Source of the DNA: Minisyncoccota bacterium
GTDB taxonomy: Bacteria > Patescibacteriota > Microgenomatia > UBA1400 > PJMF01
Length of the DNA stretch: 64,000 nt
Direction: 5' to 3'
Assembly: GCA_012515515.1 (NCBI GenBank)
Contig: JAAYYE010000009.1
Location: 35,818-99,817, forward strand
This document shows positions 47,557-56,521 of this stretch, piece after piece. The notes under the pieces are model-generated. The model was not told where the DNA came from and searched no databases. It saw only the letters and a list, made by a program, of their open reading frames with translations. Both the position numbers and the translations under genes were made by a program. Numbering within the stretch: position 1 is the first letter of the stretch; the number at the start of each line of letters is the position of its first letter.

Positions 47557-49197
47557 TTATCCATTAATGCTAAAATCTACTCTACTAGTGCTTAAGTTTG
47601 GATTATAATTTAGATCATATTCTTTTTTTTCAATTATTTTTTGAGCCATCTTTATTGATTGGGATGAAAGTTTGTCATTTTGATAGTCTCCCTTATAAAT
47701 AATTAATGGATTATATCCAAGAACAATTCTTTGCTTGTTTTTAGAGATTAAATAACTTAAATACAAGCCAATATCGGTATAATTATCAAATTCTTTAATA
47801 GGCTTTAGATCAATTTTAGAAAAAAATTCTCTATCAATTATGGTTCCCAACAAGCTAGTTGCTGAAAAATTTTTATACATTCGACTATAGTTAAAATTAA
47901 AGTAACCTCCCTCAGTCATTCCTTGAAAAGCATGGATTAATTTGTCATTTTTAGAAATTATAATTCCAGTTTTATATATTGTTCCTTTTTGATTAACAAT
48001 CTTTATAGTTAGCATTTTAATTCCTGGAAACATAAACAGTCCTAAAGAACGCTGAATATTTTCATCAGATATTGAACAATTTTTATCAAGGAAAATAATA
48101 TATTGACTAGAATTATTTTTTATAAAGTCATATACTTGAATTCCGAGTCTTTCGCCCGTCGACCTTGATATAAATTTTGCGTATTCAAAATTATTGTGAA
48201 TAGTAAAATCATATAATCCTCGCCCAGCTCCTTCAGTCACTGTCGCCCTTATTTCTCTTCTTTTTAACGCAGACTCAATTGATTTTATGCCGTTTTTATA
48301 AGCATAATCAGATTTAGCATCAGAGTCTGAACTAGCTGTAGAACTTTTTAATGTTCTCCAAGAGTATAAAACTTTAGGAATATGATAGATTTGCTTACTT
48401 AACTCTGTAACTCTTAAAAATAAATCTAAATCCTGTGCTCCTTCGTAACCAACTCTGAAACCTCCAACCTTATTTATTAAATTTTTCTTAATCAAAGAGA
48501 AGTGGGTTATGTAATTTCCTGAAAGCAATGTTTCAGGTGACCAGTCGGGTTTAAAATGCGGCTCAAAGCGTTTGCCATGGGCATCAATTTTATCTTCATC
48601 TGTATAAATAAAATCAACAGTTTGCTGCTCATTTATTATTTTTATGCATTCGCTTAAAGTGTTTGGGTATAGAAGATCATCATGATCTAAGAGTCCAACA
48701 TACTGCCCAGTGGCAATTTCTAAACAGGAATTACTAGCTTTGCTGATATGGCCATTAGATTCCCGAAAAACACATTTTATTCTTTTATCTTTTTTGCAAT
48801 AATATTCAATGGTTTCCTTAACTCTGGCATCACTAGAATTATCATCGGCAATACAAAGTTCCCAGTTTGGATAAATTTGATTAATAACTGAGTCAATATT
48901 CATTTTTAAAAATTTAATTGAGGAATTATAGGTTGGCATTACAAGGCTGATTTTTGGTTTAACTTTTAGCCTAGATATGAGTCTTTTTTCATCTGCAATA
49001 AATTCATCTGTTAAGCTATTTTGTTTAAGATATGCAGTATATTGTTTATTGTATTGAGCTATCCGCAATTCTCTTTCGATTACTGCTGATGTTTTTTTAA
49101 GAAAAGAAGATAGGTTGTGGGAAAATAAATACTTAATACCTTTAAGTAAAATTTTTAAATTATATTTAGTAAACATTCTGTTATTAAAAATTAACAT
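47557..49197 (-). CDS. Multidomain GT2 glycosyltransferase
   Basis: 546 aa. ~90-aa N-terminal helical region. GT-A core (ISLVMPTYNSS...CIADDNSSD...LDHDD), then a C-terminal ~200-aa extra domain. Confidence 0.75.
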   Translation of the reverse strand: MLIFNNRMFTKYNLKILLKGIKYLFSHNLSSFLKKTSAVIERELRIAQYNKQYTAYLKQNSLTDEFIADEKRLISRLKVKPKISLVMPTYNSSIKFLKMNIDSVINQIYPNWELCIADDNSSDARVKETIEYYCKKDKRIKCVFRESNGHISKASNSCLEIATGQYVGLLDHDDLLYPNTLSECIKIINEQQTVDFIYTDEDKIDAHGKRFEPHFKPDWSPETLLSGNYITHFSLIKKNLINKVGGFRVGYEGAQDLDLFLRVTELSKQIYHIPKVLYSWRTLKSSTASSDSDAKSDYAYKNGIKSIESALKRREIRATVTEGAGRGLYDFTIHNNFEYAKFISRSTGERLGIQVYDFIKNNSSQYIIFLDKNCSISDENIQRSLGLFMFPGIKMLTIKIVNQKGTIYKTGIIISKNDKLIHAFQGMTEGGYFNFNYSRMYKNFSATSLLGTIIDREFFSKIDLKPIKEFDNYTDIGLYLSYLISKNKQRIVLGYNPLIIYKGDYQNDKLSSQSIKMAQKIIEKKEYDLNYNPNLSTSRVDFSING

Positions 49198-49393
49198 CTT
49201 TATGATTTAAAAAATGAGGATTTTTTAATGTTTTTTTACAACTTTGTATTTTTCTCCAAAATTTATAAGCTTTTGATTCATGAATAGTTACATATTGATC
49301 TTCAAGTTCCTTTTTTTTATTTTCTAGATCGACAAGTTTTTCTTCAAGTTGCTTATTACGTGAGACTAGATAATCGGTCATCTTTTTTTTCAT
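49184..49393 (-). CDS. Small coiled-coil protein (translationally coupled to the upstream GT4-like gene)
   Basis: 69 aa. Heptad-like LEEKLVDLENKKKELEDQY. ATGA overlap with the upstream gene and a 14-nt overlap with the downstream gene. Confidence 0.35.
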   Translation of the reverse strand: MKKKMTDYLVSRNKQLEEKLVDLENKKKELEDQYVTIHESKAYKFWRKIQSCKKTLKNPHFLNHKDVNF

Positions 49394-50661
49394 TTTATAA
49401 TTTTTTTTAATTTATTAAATTTTTGCCATAATAGATAATATCTACTGTTTTTAATTTTGTTTAAATCAAGTTTTAGTTGAAATATCTTTTCATTAAGTGA
49501 ATTTACCCTATTCGATAATTCAACATAATGAAAACACTCATGCATAATTTTTTGATCATCTGATTCTAAAGAATTAATGTCCAGGCCTTGAATAGTTGAA
49601 GTTTGAGCCCGTAAGACATCAATAGAATAGAATCGTGCTTCTTCAACAGACCGAATTAAATGATATAAAATTTCATTATTTTTTTTAGATAATTGTTTCT
49701 TTTTGAAATTTTTAATAGCTTGATTATAAATATCTACAATTTTTTTAATCTGCTGATTAGCCTCATAGTTTTTTAATGCTTTTTTTCTTAATAATTCGCC
49801 TTGTTTGTAGTTATATTTTTGCAAATCATCTAATATGTCATTTTCTGTCATTATCCTTTTTAAAGATCTCCCAGAGAAACCGTTTTCTTTTAAAAAATCA
49901 AAATTTCCAGTATCTACTAGTCCATCAGTAAATTGTGTCGAATTTTCATCAAATAAAATTGGTATTCGTCCACAAAACATGCTTTCAATTGCACCCAAGC
50001 TGATGGTAAAAACTAAATCTGCATTATTGATATAATCAACCAATTTATTATTATCCACCATATTATTATAAACAGAGCCAATATGAACACTTTTCAAACC
50101 CAATTGATTAATCACGCTCTCAATAACTGTTTGCTTTTCTACAGATAACTTATTACTTAATACCAAAACATTTTTGATAGTTTTCGAAATTGGCTTTTTT
50201 ACATAAAAAGCCTCTGAGTCAACTAAATTCCTAAAAACAATTATTTTGTGTTTCGGAACACCCAGTTTAAATACATGGTCACGCACGGTTTTATTAATAG
50301 TCAAAATATATGAGATATTTAGGTCAATGGCTGGCACTTGTTCTAAAAAAGGCACATATCCATGAACCCATAAAACCATCGGCAAATCTGGAAAATAATA
50401 TCTTACTTCATAAGCACAAATATTGTGTTGAACGTGCGCAATATCAAATTTTTGATTTCTTATTAAATTTAAATTGTCGACAACCTTAACCTTATAGTCT
50501 TCCATTGTTTTAACTAACTTATTTCCTAGATATTTACTATAGAAAACTACCTCATGCCCTTCTTTTCTTAAATATTTACAAAGAATTAGAGATGAAACCT
50601 CTGTGCCAGTGTATTGATACAAATGATGATTGGTGACTAAAATCCTCAGAGGTTTCTTCAT
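49390..50661 (-). CDS. GT4-like (GT-B N-domain) protein with C-terminal coiled coil
   Basis: 423 aa. The N-terminal half resembles the GT4 N-domain; the C-terminal ~100 aa are predicted coiled coil (LNEKIFQLKLDLNKIKN). Confidence 0.45.
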   Translation of the reverse strand: MKKPLRILVTNHHLYQYTGTEVSSLILCKYLRKEGHEVVFYSKYLGNKLVKTMEDYKVKVVDNLNLIRNQKFDIAHVQHNICAYEVRYYFPDLPMVLWVHGYVPFLEQVPAIDLNISYILTINKTVRDHVFKLGVPKHKIIVFRNLVDSEAFYVKKPISKTIKNVLVLSNKLSVEKQTVIESVINQLGLKSVHIGSVYNNMVDNNKLVDYINNADLVFTISLGAIESMFCGRIPILFDENSTQFTDGLVDTGNFDFLKENGFSGRSLKRIMTENDILDDLQKYNYKQGELLRKKALKNYEANQQIKKIVDIYNQAIKNFKKKQLSKKNNEILYHLIRSVEEARFYSIDVLRAQTSTIQGLDINSLESDDQKIMHECFHYVELSNRVNSLNEKIFQLKLDLNKIKNSRYYLLWQKFNKLKKIIK

Positions 50662-50676
50662 AAATTAAGTATTATA

Positions 50677-51420
50677 TTAATTCACACCCGCATTTACATA
50701 TTTTTCACTCACTTCTTCCACCTTCCCATCCACAATCACTCGATGTTCATTCAAATAAATTGCTCTAGTACAAAACTTTTGAATTTGTTCTAGGGCATGA
50801 GATACCAAAATAATTGTTACTCCTGCTTTTTTAAACTCCTCCATTCTTTTGAAACATTTCTTTCTAAAATTATCGTCTCCCACTGCCAAAATCTCATCAA
50901 TTAGTAAAATATCGGGATTAGTATGGACTGCCACACTAAAAGCCAAGCGCAAATACATGCCAGAACTGTAATGTTTAATCGGTTGATCAATAAATTCCCA
51001 AAGCTCAGCGAAATCAACAATTTCGCTAAACCGATCTGTTACTTCTTTTTTACTTAAGCCTAAAATGATGCCGTTGAGAAATATATTTTCTCTGCCAGTT
51101 AACTCAGGGTGAAAACCAGCGCCAAGTTCAATCAGTGGGGCAATTTTACCATTAAGCGTAATTTTACCCTTAGTCGGCTTAGTTACCCCTGCCATTAGTT
51201 TGAGTAAAGTGCTTTTACCTGCGCCATTGGGGCCAATAATCCCAACTGTTTCACCCTTTTTGATCTTTAAATTAATATTTTCTAATGCCCAAAAGTGCTC
51301 CACAGCTTTTTGCCCACCAAACAAGGCTGGTAATAATTCCTTAAAAGTACGTTGTTTTTGCAAACGAAAAAGCTTGCTTGCTTCTGCCACACTAATAGCG
51401 ATTGTTTGATTGTCTTTCAT
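50677..51420 (-). CDS. ABC transporter ATP-binding protein for glycan export (Wzt/TagH-like, no C-terminal carbohydrate-binding module)
   Basis: 247 aa. Walker A GPNGAGKST, signature YSSGMYLRLAF, Walker B ILLIDEILAVGD. Confidence 0.85.
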   Translation of the reverse strand: MKDNQTIAISVAEASKLFRLQKQRTFKELLPALFGGQKAVEHFWALENINLKIKKGETVGIIGPNGAGKSTLLKLMAGVTKPTKGKITLNGKIAPLIELGAGFHPELTGRENIFLNGIILGLSKKEVTDRFSEIVDFAELWEFIDQPIKHYSSGMYLRLAFSVAVHTNPDILLIDEILAVGDDNFRKKCFKRMEEFKKAGVTIILVSHALEQIQKFCTRAIYLNEHRVIVDGKVEEVSEKYVNAGVN

Positions 51421-51423
51421 GGT

Positions 51424-52203
51424 TTAAACAACATCGGCAAAAAGGCCTTCAACTTTTTTGAAAAATTTATAAGCAAGAGCTAAAATACCCAGCGATAAAA
51501 GTAAAGCCAAGCCTAAGCTTTGTAGATTTGGCATTCCTCCAGCTAAAATTACCTGGCGATAAGCATTAATAATGATGGCCATTGGGTTGAGCTTAAAAAT
51601 CCACTGATATTTTTCTGGAAAAAATTCAGTGGCATAAATAACTGGGGTTAAATACATCCAGATTAAGAGCACTAGATTTAGCAAGTATTGAATATCTCGA
51701 TAAAACAAATTGGCCGCTGCTAAAAATAAAGACAGAGCATAAGTAAAAAGCTGCTGAATAAGTAGAATGGGAATGACCCAAAGAATGTTCCAAGTCACAG
51801 GAATTTGAAAGTAAATCATAAAAATAATAAAAATACTGCAGGATAGGGCAAAATCCACCATTTTAGCCAGCATCGTGCTCATGACAAAGATTTCTCTAGG
51901 AAAATAAATTTTACTTAATAAACCAGCGTTGCCCACCAATGAATTGACTGAACCTGTTAAAGAATTATTAAACAATGTCCAAGGCAACAAACCAGCATAC
52001 AAATAAATTGAATAAGGCACGCCCAGATCTGGAATGCGTATAATGATACTGTAAACAAAAGCCATCACCAACATTTGAAAAAAAGGATTGAGAATGACCC
52101 AGGCATAGCCCAGCACCGACTGTTTGTAGCGCTGCTTAATTTCTCGGCTGGTAAGCTGGCCCAACAATTCATGATATTGACTAAAAAGCTTAATCATCGA
52201 CAT
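51424..52203 (-). CDS. ABC-2 type permease (Wzm/TagG-like)
   Basis: 259 aa, 6 TM. Directly upstream of, and co-oriented with, the ATPase. Confidence 0.8.
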   Translation of the reverse strand: MSMIKLFSQYHELLGQLTSREIKQRYKQSVLGYAWVILNPFFQMLVMAFVYSIIIRIPDLGVPYSIYLYAGLLPWTLFNNSLTGSVNSLVGNAGLLSKIYFPREIFVMSTMLAKMVDFALSCSIFIIFMIYFQIPVTWNILWVIPILLIQQLFTYALSLFLAAANLFYRDIQYLLNLVLLIWMYLTPVIYATEFFPEKYQWIFKLNPMAIIINAYRQVILAGGMPNLQSLGLALLLSLGILALAYKFFKKVEGLFADVV

Positions 52204-52292
52204 TATAATTAGTATAACATTGAAAAATTATTGAGTGATTGGGAGTTTGTGAGTGAGTTGGTGGCCAGCTCACTCAGCCCGATTGAGAGTTT

Positions 52293-53414
52293 GTGCAGTA
52301 TAATGGCTATATGGCAGATCGAGTTTTAATTGTTGGCGCTGGTTTAACAGGAGCCACTTTGGCTAGACAGCTAGCCGATCGGGGGATGGAAATCTTGCTG
52401 ATTGATAAGCGCGCGCATCTGGCAGGCAATTGTTTTGATCAGGATTTAGAAGATATTTTAGTCTCACGCTATGGCGCTCACTTGTTTCACACTAATAGTA
52501 AAGCGGTTTGGCAATTCCTGCAAAAATTTGCCGACTGGCGTGCTTATGAGCATCAAGTGCTGACTAAAGTTAACGATCAGAGCGTGGTTTTGCCTGTCAA
52601 CATTAATACTATTAATCAATTGTTTGGCTTAAAGCTTAAAACAGGGGCAGAAATGAGGCATTTTTTGACCACTCAAGCCCTCAAAATCAAAGAAATTAAT
52701 AGTTTAGCCGATTATTTGTTGTCCAAAGTTGGTGAAGTTATTTATCAGAAAATTTTTTACGGATATAGCTTTAAACAATGGGGTCTTGATCCAGCACTCT
52801 TAGATACTAGTATTAGTAATCGCCTACCCATTCGCTACAATTTTGATAATCGCTATTTTACTGATAAATATCAAGCCCTGCCGACAGCTGGTTATACGGC
52901 CCTGGTTAAAAAGATGCTCGATCATCCGCAGATTAAAGTGCAGTTGAAACAGAATTTTTTCAAATTGTCGAAAAATTATCTGCAAAAATTTAACAAAATT
53001 ATTTATACCGGGCCGATTGACCAATATTTTAATTATAAATATGGCCGATTAGAATATCGCTCTCTCAAATTTGAATTTTGTAAAGTCAATGCCGAGTTTT
53101 ACCAAAACAACAGCGTCATTAATTATCCAGATTTAACTGTACCCTACACGCGTATTATTGAGTTTAAATATTTTGCACCTACTAAAGTGACCAAACACAC
53201 GATCATTGCTCGTGAATACCCAAAGAGTAAGGGTGAGCCTTATTATCCGGTGCCAAGGACGAGAAATCATCAAGTAGTTAAAAAATATCTTGCTAAAGTT
53301 AGTGAACTAGAGCAAAAAGGTGTTTATTTTGCTGGCCGACTGGGTACTTATCGCTATTTAAATATGGATGAGGCAGTGGCAGAGGCGATGAAGTTGGCAG
53401 AGAGAATTGATTAG
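52293..53414 (+). CDS. glf: UDP-galactopyranose mutase
   Basis: FAD-binding LIVGAGLTGATLA. UGM-typical length and conserved C-terminal YFAGRLGTYRYLNMDEAV. The likely true start is the ATG at 52311 (MADRV). Confidence 0.9.
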   Translation: MQYNGYMADRVLIVGAGLTGATLARQLADRGMEILLIDKRAHLAGNCFDQDLEDILVSRYGAHLFHTNSKAVWQFLQKFADWRAYEHQVLTKVNDQSVVLPVNINTINQLFGLKLKTGAEMRHFLTTQALKIKEINSLADYLLSKVGEVIYQKIFYGYSFKQWGLDPALLDTSISNRLPIRYNFDNRYFTDKYQALPTAGYTALVKKMLDHPQIKVQLKQNFFKLSKNYLQKFNKIIYTGPIDQYFNYKYGRLEYRSLKFEFCKVNAEFYQNNSVINYPDLTVPYTRIIEFKYFAPTKVTKHTIIAREYPKSKGEPYYPVPRTRNHQVVKKYLAKVSELEQKGVYFAGRLGTYRYLNMDEAVAEAMKLAERID

Positions 53415-53424
53415 ATCACAAAGC

Positions 53425-53691
53425 TTATTTATAAATCTCTGAGTGAAAACCTAGATCAAAAAAATAATATTCTTCGTCAACCATATAGATCAAACGGAAG
53501 GATTTTGTCACACTAATACTCCAGGAATTTTGCAGCTTACCTTTTAATTTATGATGTCTAAGTGAAGGGTGTCGCGGATTTTCAGCAAATAATAAGAGCT
53601 GTGAGTTAATTTTTTTAAATAATTCTGGATTTCTTCTTTTGATATTTTTAAGTTTACGATAAAAATTTTGCGAGAAAGAAATTTCTATCAT
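53425..53691 (-). CDS. Type II toxin, RelE/ParE superfamily
   Basis: 88 aa. Basic protein with a C-terminal RLIYMVDEEYYFFDLGFH-type motif resembling RelE/ParE/YafQ toxins. 4-nt overlap with the upstream antitoxin gene. Confidence 0.65.
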   Translation of the reverse strand: MIEISFSQNFYRKLKNIKRRNPELFKKINSQLLLFAENPRHPSLRHHKLKGKLQNSWSISVTKSFRLIYMVDEEYYFFDLGFHSEIYK

Positions 53692-54002
53692 AAATTATCG
53701 AGTGTTTTTTGTAATTTATGAATTTTAATAGCTTGTTTTTTATTGTTTTTGGCATCTTCATATGCCATTTCAACCTGATCACTAACTAATTTTTCTTCGA
53801 AAGTTGTTTCTTTAATATCATCAATAATCAGATTTTTCACATAAGAAGACATGGTTAGGCCAATTGTTTGAGCTCTTTTTTGCAATATACTGTGCAATTG
53901 TTTAGATAAGGTGACTTTAAGTTGAATTGTGGACATATTGTGGACTATTTTAGTCCAATCAACAGCTAAAATCAAATTTGGATTGACACTGGAATACGTC
54001 AT
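53688..54002 (-). CDS. Type II antitoxin, RelB/DinJ-like (RHH)
   Basis: 104 aa. IQLKVTLSKQLHSILQKRAQTIGLTMSSYVKNLI resembles the ribbon-helix-helix DNA-binding part of DinJ/RelB. The acidic C-terminus is typical of a toxin-neutralising tail. Confidence 0.5.
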   Translation of the reverse strand: MTYSSVNPNLILAVDWTKIVHNMSTIQLKVTLSKQLHSILQKRAQTIGLTMSSYVKNLIIDDIKETTFEEKLVSDQVEMAYEDAKNNKKQAIKIHKLQKTLDNL

Positions 54003-54092
54003 GTAACTATTTTTGCAAAAAAATATTACATAAAAGCATACAAATTTAATTTAAGCTCTGTATAAAAGAGATAGGCTCTGTATAATTGAATT

Positions 54093-55547
54093 GTGACTAA
54101 ATTAAAATTTAAAAAAATCCTTCCTTATTTTTTGGCAGTTCTATTATTAATACTTTTTATTTTTTTGCGTTTTTATAAAATTAGCAGTTCTTTGCTTTTT
54201 TTTAATGATATTGGTCGAGATTTTTTAGTGCTTTGGAATTGGCAACATTCTAATAAGCCGCCACTTTTGGGGCCACAGACCAGCGCTATTCCTTTTAATC
54301 AAAGTGCTATTTATTTTTACTTGCTATATCCATTTTATTTAATTAGTAATGGTTCGCCTTATGCCACTTTAATAGCCTTGGCAATTTTTTATATTGTGGC
54401 TTTTATCTTGGGTTTATATTTATTGCGCAAACAGCCTCGCTGGCAAAACTCCTTGCTGATTGTCTTTTTTTTAATTTGCTTGCATCCGCAATATATTATT
54501 CAGAATCGTTTTGTCTGGAATCCTAGTTTTGTCACTCCTTTTTTACTCTTTGCTTTTTATGCTTTTTTAGCCCTGCGCAACAAATATCTTAAAGAAAAAT
54601 CTTTAGATAAGGTGTTAAGTTGGGGTTTTGCCATGGCTTTAGCTTTGGCTTTGAGTTTCTCTTACTCGGTTTTTCCTGTTTTCTTGGCTTTTGCCCTGAT
54701 GGCAGTCTTTGTTTTTAAAAAAGATTTTTGGCCTCTGGCTTTTAAAACAATCGCTTCCTTAGCTTTAGCCAACTTACCAACTATTGTTTTTGAATTGCGC
54801 CATAATTTTTTATTGACGAATATGATGCTCACTCGCGAAGCTATGCCTCAGCCAGCCAGCTATTTAATGGCTAAACTTGAGGCAATTACTTCTTTTGTCT
54901 TTCATTTGCCAAATGTTTTTTACTTAGCAATTTTCTTAATCCTGCTAACGACGATTGTTTATTTGATCAACAAAAAGAAAAAACTATCTTTTGACTTGCT
55001 ACTAGCTCTGGCTTTATTCTTTTTGACTCTAATTATTACTTTGCTGATGCCGGTAGCTATTCAAGCTCATTATATTTTTGGTCTAACTACTTGTTTGTTT
55101 TTGCTTTTGGCTTTTTTACTAATTAATAATCGCTGGGCGCTCTTGATTTTGCCTTTTTTACTAGTTTTTTGGTTGAAACCAGCTCAATTGGCCAGTTATT
55201 TTGCTCCAGCTTATCGCAGTGTTGATGATTCACTGGCTTGTGCTAGAAATTTCTGCAATTCTCACCAAGAAGCTCTATTTGTAGCGGTGCAATCTGATTT
55301 TCATCCTTATCACAACGCTATGGAATGGCAATATTTATTCCTGCACAGCGCTTGTGATCTTAAAGACTTAGTCACTAACACGGCTGATGCCGACTATTTA
55401 GCAGTGGTGGTGGAAAAAAGCCAATACGAGCACAATAAAACTGCTTTTAACGAGTTAACTATTTTTGGCCCCAGTGAAGAAATTGAAACATTTTCTTGCC
55501 AAGATGATCTAGAAATTAGATTATTAAAGAAAATAGACCCTCTATAA
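54093..55547 (+). CDS. Polytopic membrane protein, possible GT-C-type glycosyltransferase
   Basis: 484 aa, ~12 TM, GTG start. First-loop NDIGRDF motif in the GT-C position. Confidence 0.4.
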   Translation: MTKLKFKKILPYFLAVLLLILFIFLRFYKISSSLLFFNDIGRDFLVLWNWQHSNKPPLLGPQTSAIPFNQSAIYFYLLYPFYLISNGSPYATLIALAIFYIVAFILGLYLLRKQPRWQNSLLIVFFLICLHPQYIIQNRFVWNPSFVTPFLLFAFYAFLALRNKYLKEKSLDKVLSWGFAMALALALSFSYSVFPVFLAFALMAVFVFKKDFWPLAFKTIASLALANLPTIVFELRHNFLLTNMMLTREAMPQPASYLMAKLEAITSFVFHLPNVFYLAIFLILLTTIVYLINKKKKLSFDLLLALALFFLTLIITLLMPVAIQAHYIFGLTTCLFLLLAFLLINNRWALLILPFLLVFWLKPAQLASYFAPAYRSVDDSLACARNFCNSHQEALFVAVQSDFHPYHNAMEWQYLFLHSACDLKDLVTNTADADYLAVVVEKSQYEHNKTAFNELTIFGPSEEIETFSCQDDLEIRLLKKIDPL

Positions 55548-55572
55548 TTAAAAATAGCAGGCGACTAAAGTT

Positions 55573-56493
55573 TTAAGCTTTATTTTTAAACCAGGCAACC
55601 GTCCTTTTTACGCCCTCATCAAAATTTATTCTTACGTGCCAGTCTAAAATTTCCCTGGCTTTGCTCGCATCTAACGAGCTGGTCACTTGTTCGCCGATGC
55701 GCTCAGGTCCATATTCTCTTGGCATGTCTATGCCTAGTTCACTGACTAATTTGTCAAAAACTTCATTAGTTGAGGTTTCAATGCCTGTGCCAATATTTAA
55801 TTCGCCAACAAAGTAAGTTTCTAAAGCTAAAACATTGGCCATCACCACATCGCTTACATAAATATAGTCGCGGGTGTGTTTGCCATTGCCATTAATAATG
55901 GCTGGTTTACCCTCACCTAGCGCTTCCAAAAAGATGGCAATCACTCCCGATTCGCCATGAGAATTTTGGCGCGGGCCATAAACATTGCTGTAGCGCAGTG
56001 ACACATAATGAATCTGATGAATTTCATGATAATAGTTGAGGTAAAGTTCGCCAGCGCGTTTGGAAATGCCATAGGGAGATAGCGGTTGTTCTTTCATTTG
56101 TTCAGTAAAAGGGGTTTTTTTATTGCCATACATCGCTCCGCCTGTGGCAGCCATCACCACTCTTTTAACTCCAGCTTTTTTAGCGGCTTCCATAATATTT
56201 AGTAAACCGATGATATTATTTTGGGCATCAAATTGCGGATTTTTCACAGAATAGCCAACTTGAATATGAGCAGCGTGGTGGTTAATGGCATCTGGTTTTT
56301 CTTCTAGGATAATTTTCTGGATTTTTTTTTGATCGACAATGTCACACTCTATAAATTTAGCTTTTGGATTGAGATTGGCTCTTTGCCCCGTGGATAAATT
56401 ATCAACTATCAAGACCTCATGACCGATAGCCACATAGGCATCGACAACATGTGAACCAATAAAACCTGCTCCACCCGTCACTAAAATTTTCAT
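55573..56493 (-). CDS. NAD-dependent epimerase/dehydratase (GalE-like UDP-sugar 4-epimerase)
   Basis: 306 aa. KILVTGGAGFIGSH, YGISK catalytic YxxxK. Confidence 0.8.
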   Translation of the reverse strand: MKILVTGGAGFIGSHVVDAYVAIGHEVLIVDNLSTGQRANLNPKAKFIECDIVDQKKIQKIILEEKPDAINHHAAHIQVGYSVKNPQFDAQNNIIGLLNIMEAAKKAGVKRVVMAATGGAMYGNKKTPFTEQMKEQPLSPYGISKRAGELYLNYYHEIHQIHYVSLRYSNVYGPRQNSHGESGVIAIFLEALGEGKPAIINGNGKHTRDYIYVSDVVMANVLALETYFVGELNIGTGIETSTNEVFDKLVSELGIDMPREYGPERIGEQVTSSLDASKAREILDWHVRINFDEGVKRTVAWFKNKA

Positions 56494-56521
56494 AAAACCT
56501 TTCTCTAAATTTACTAGCGAA

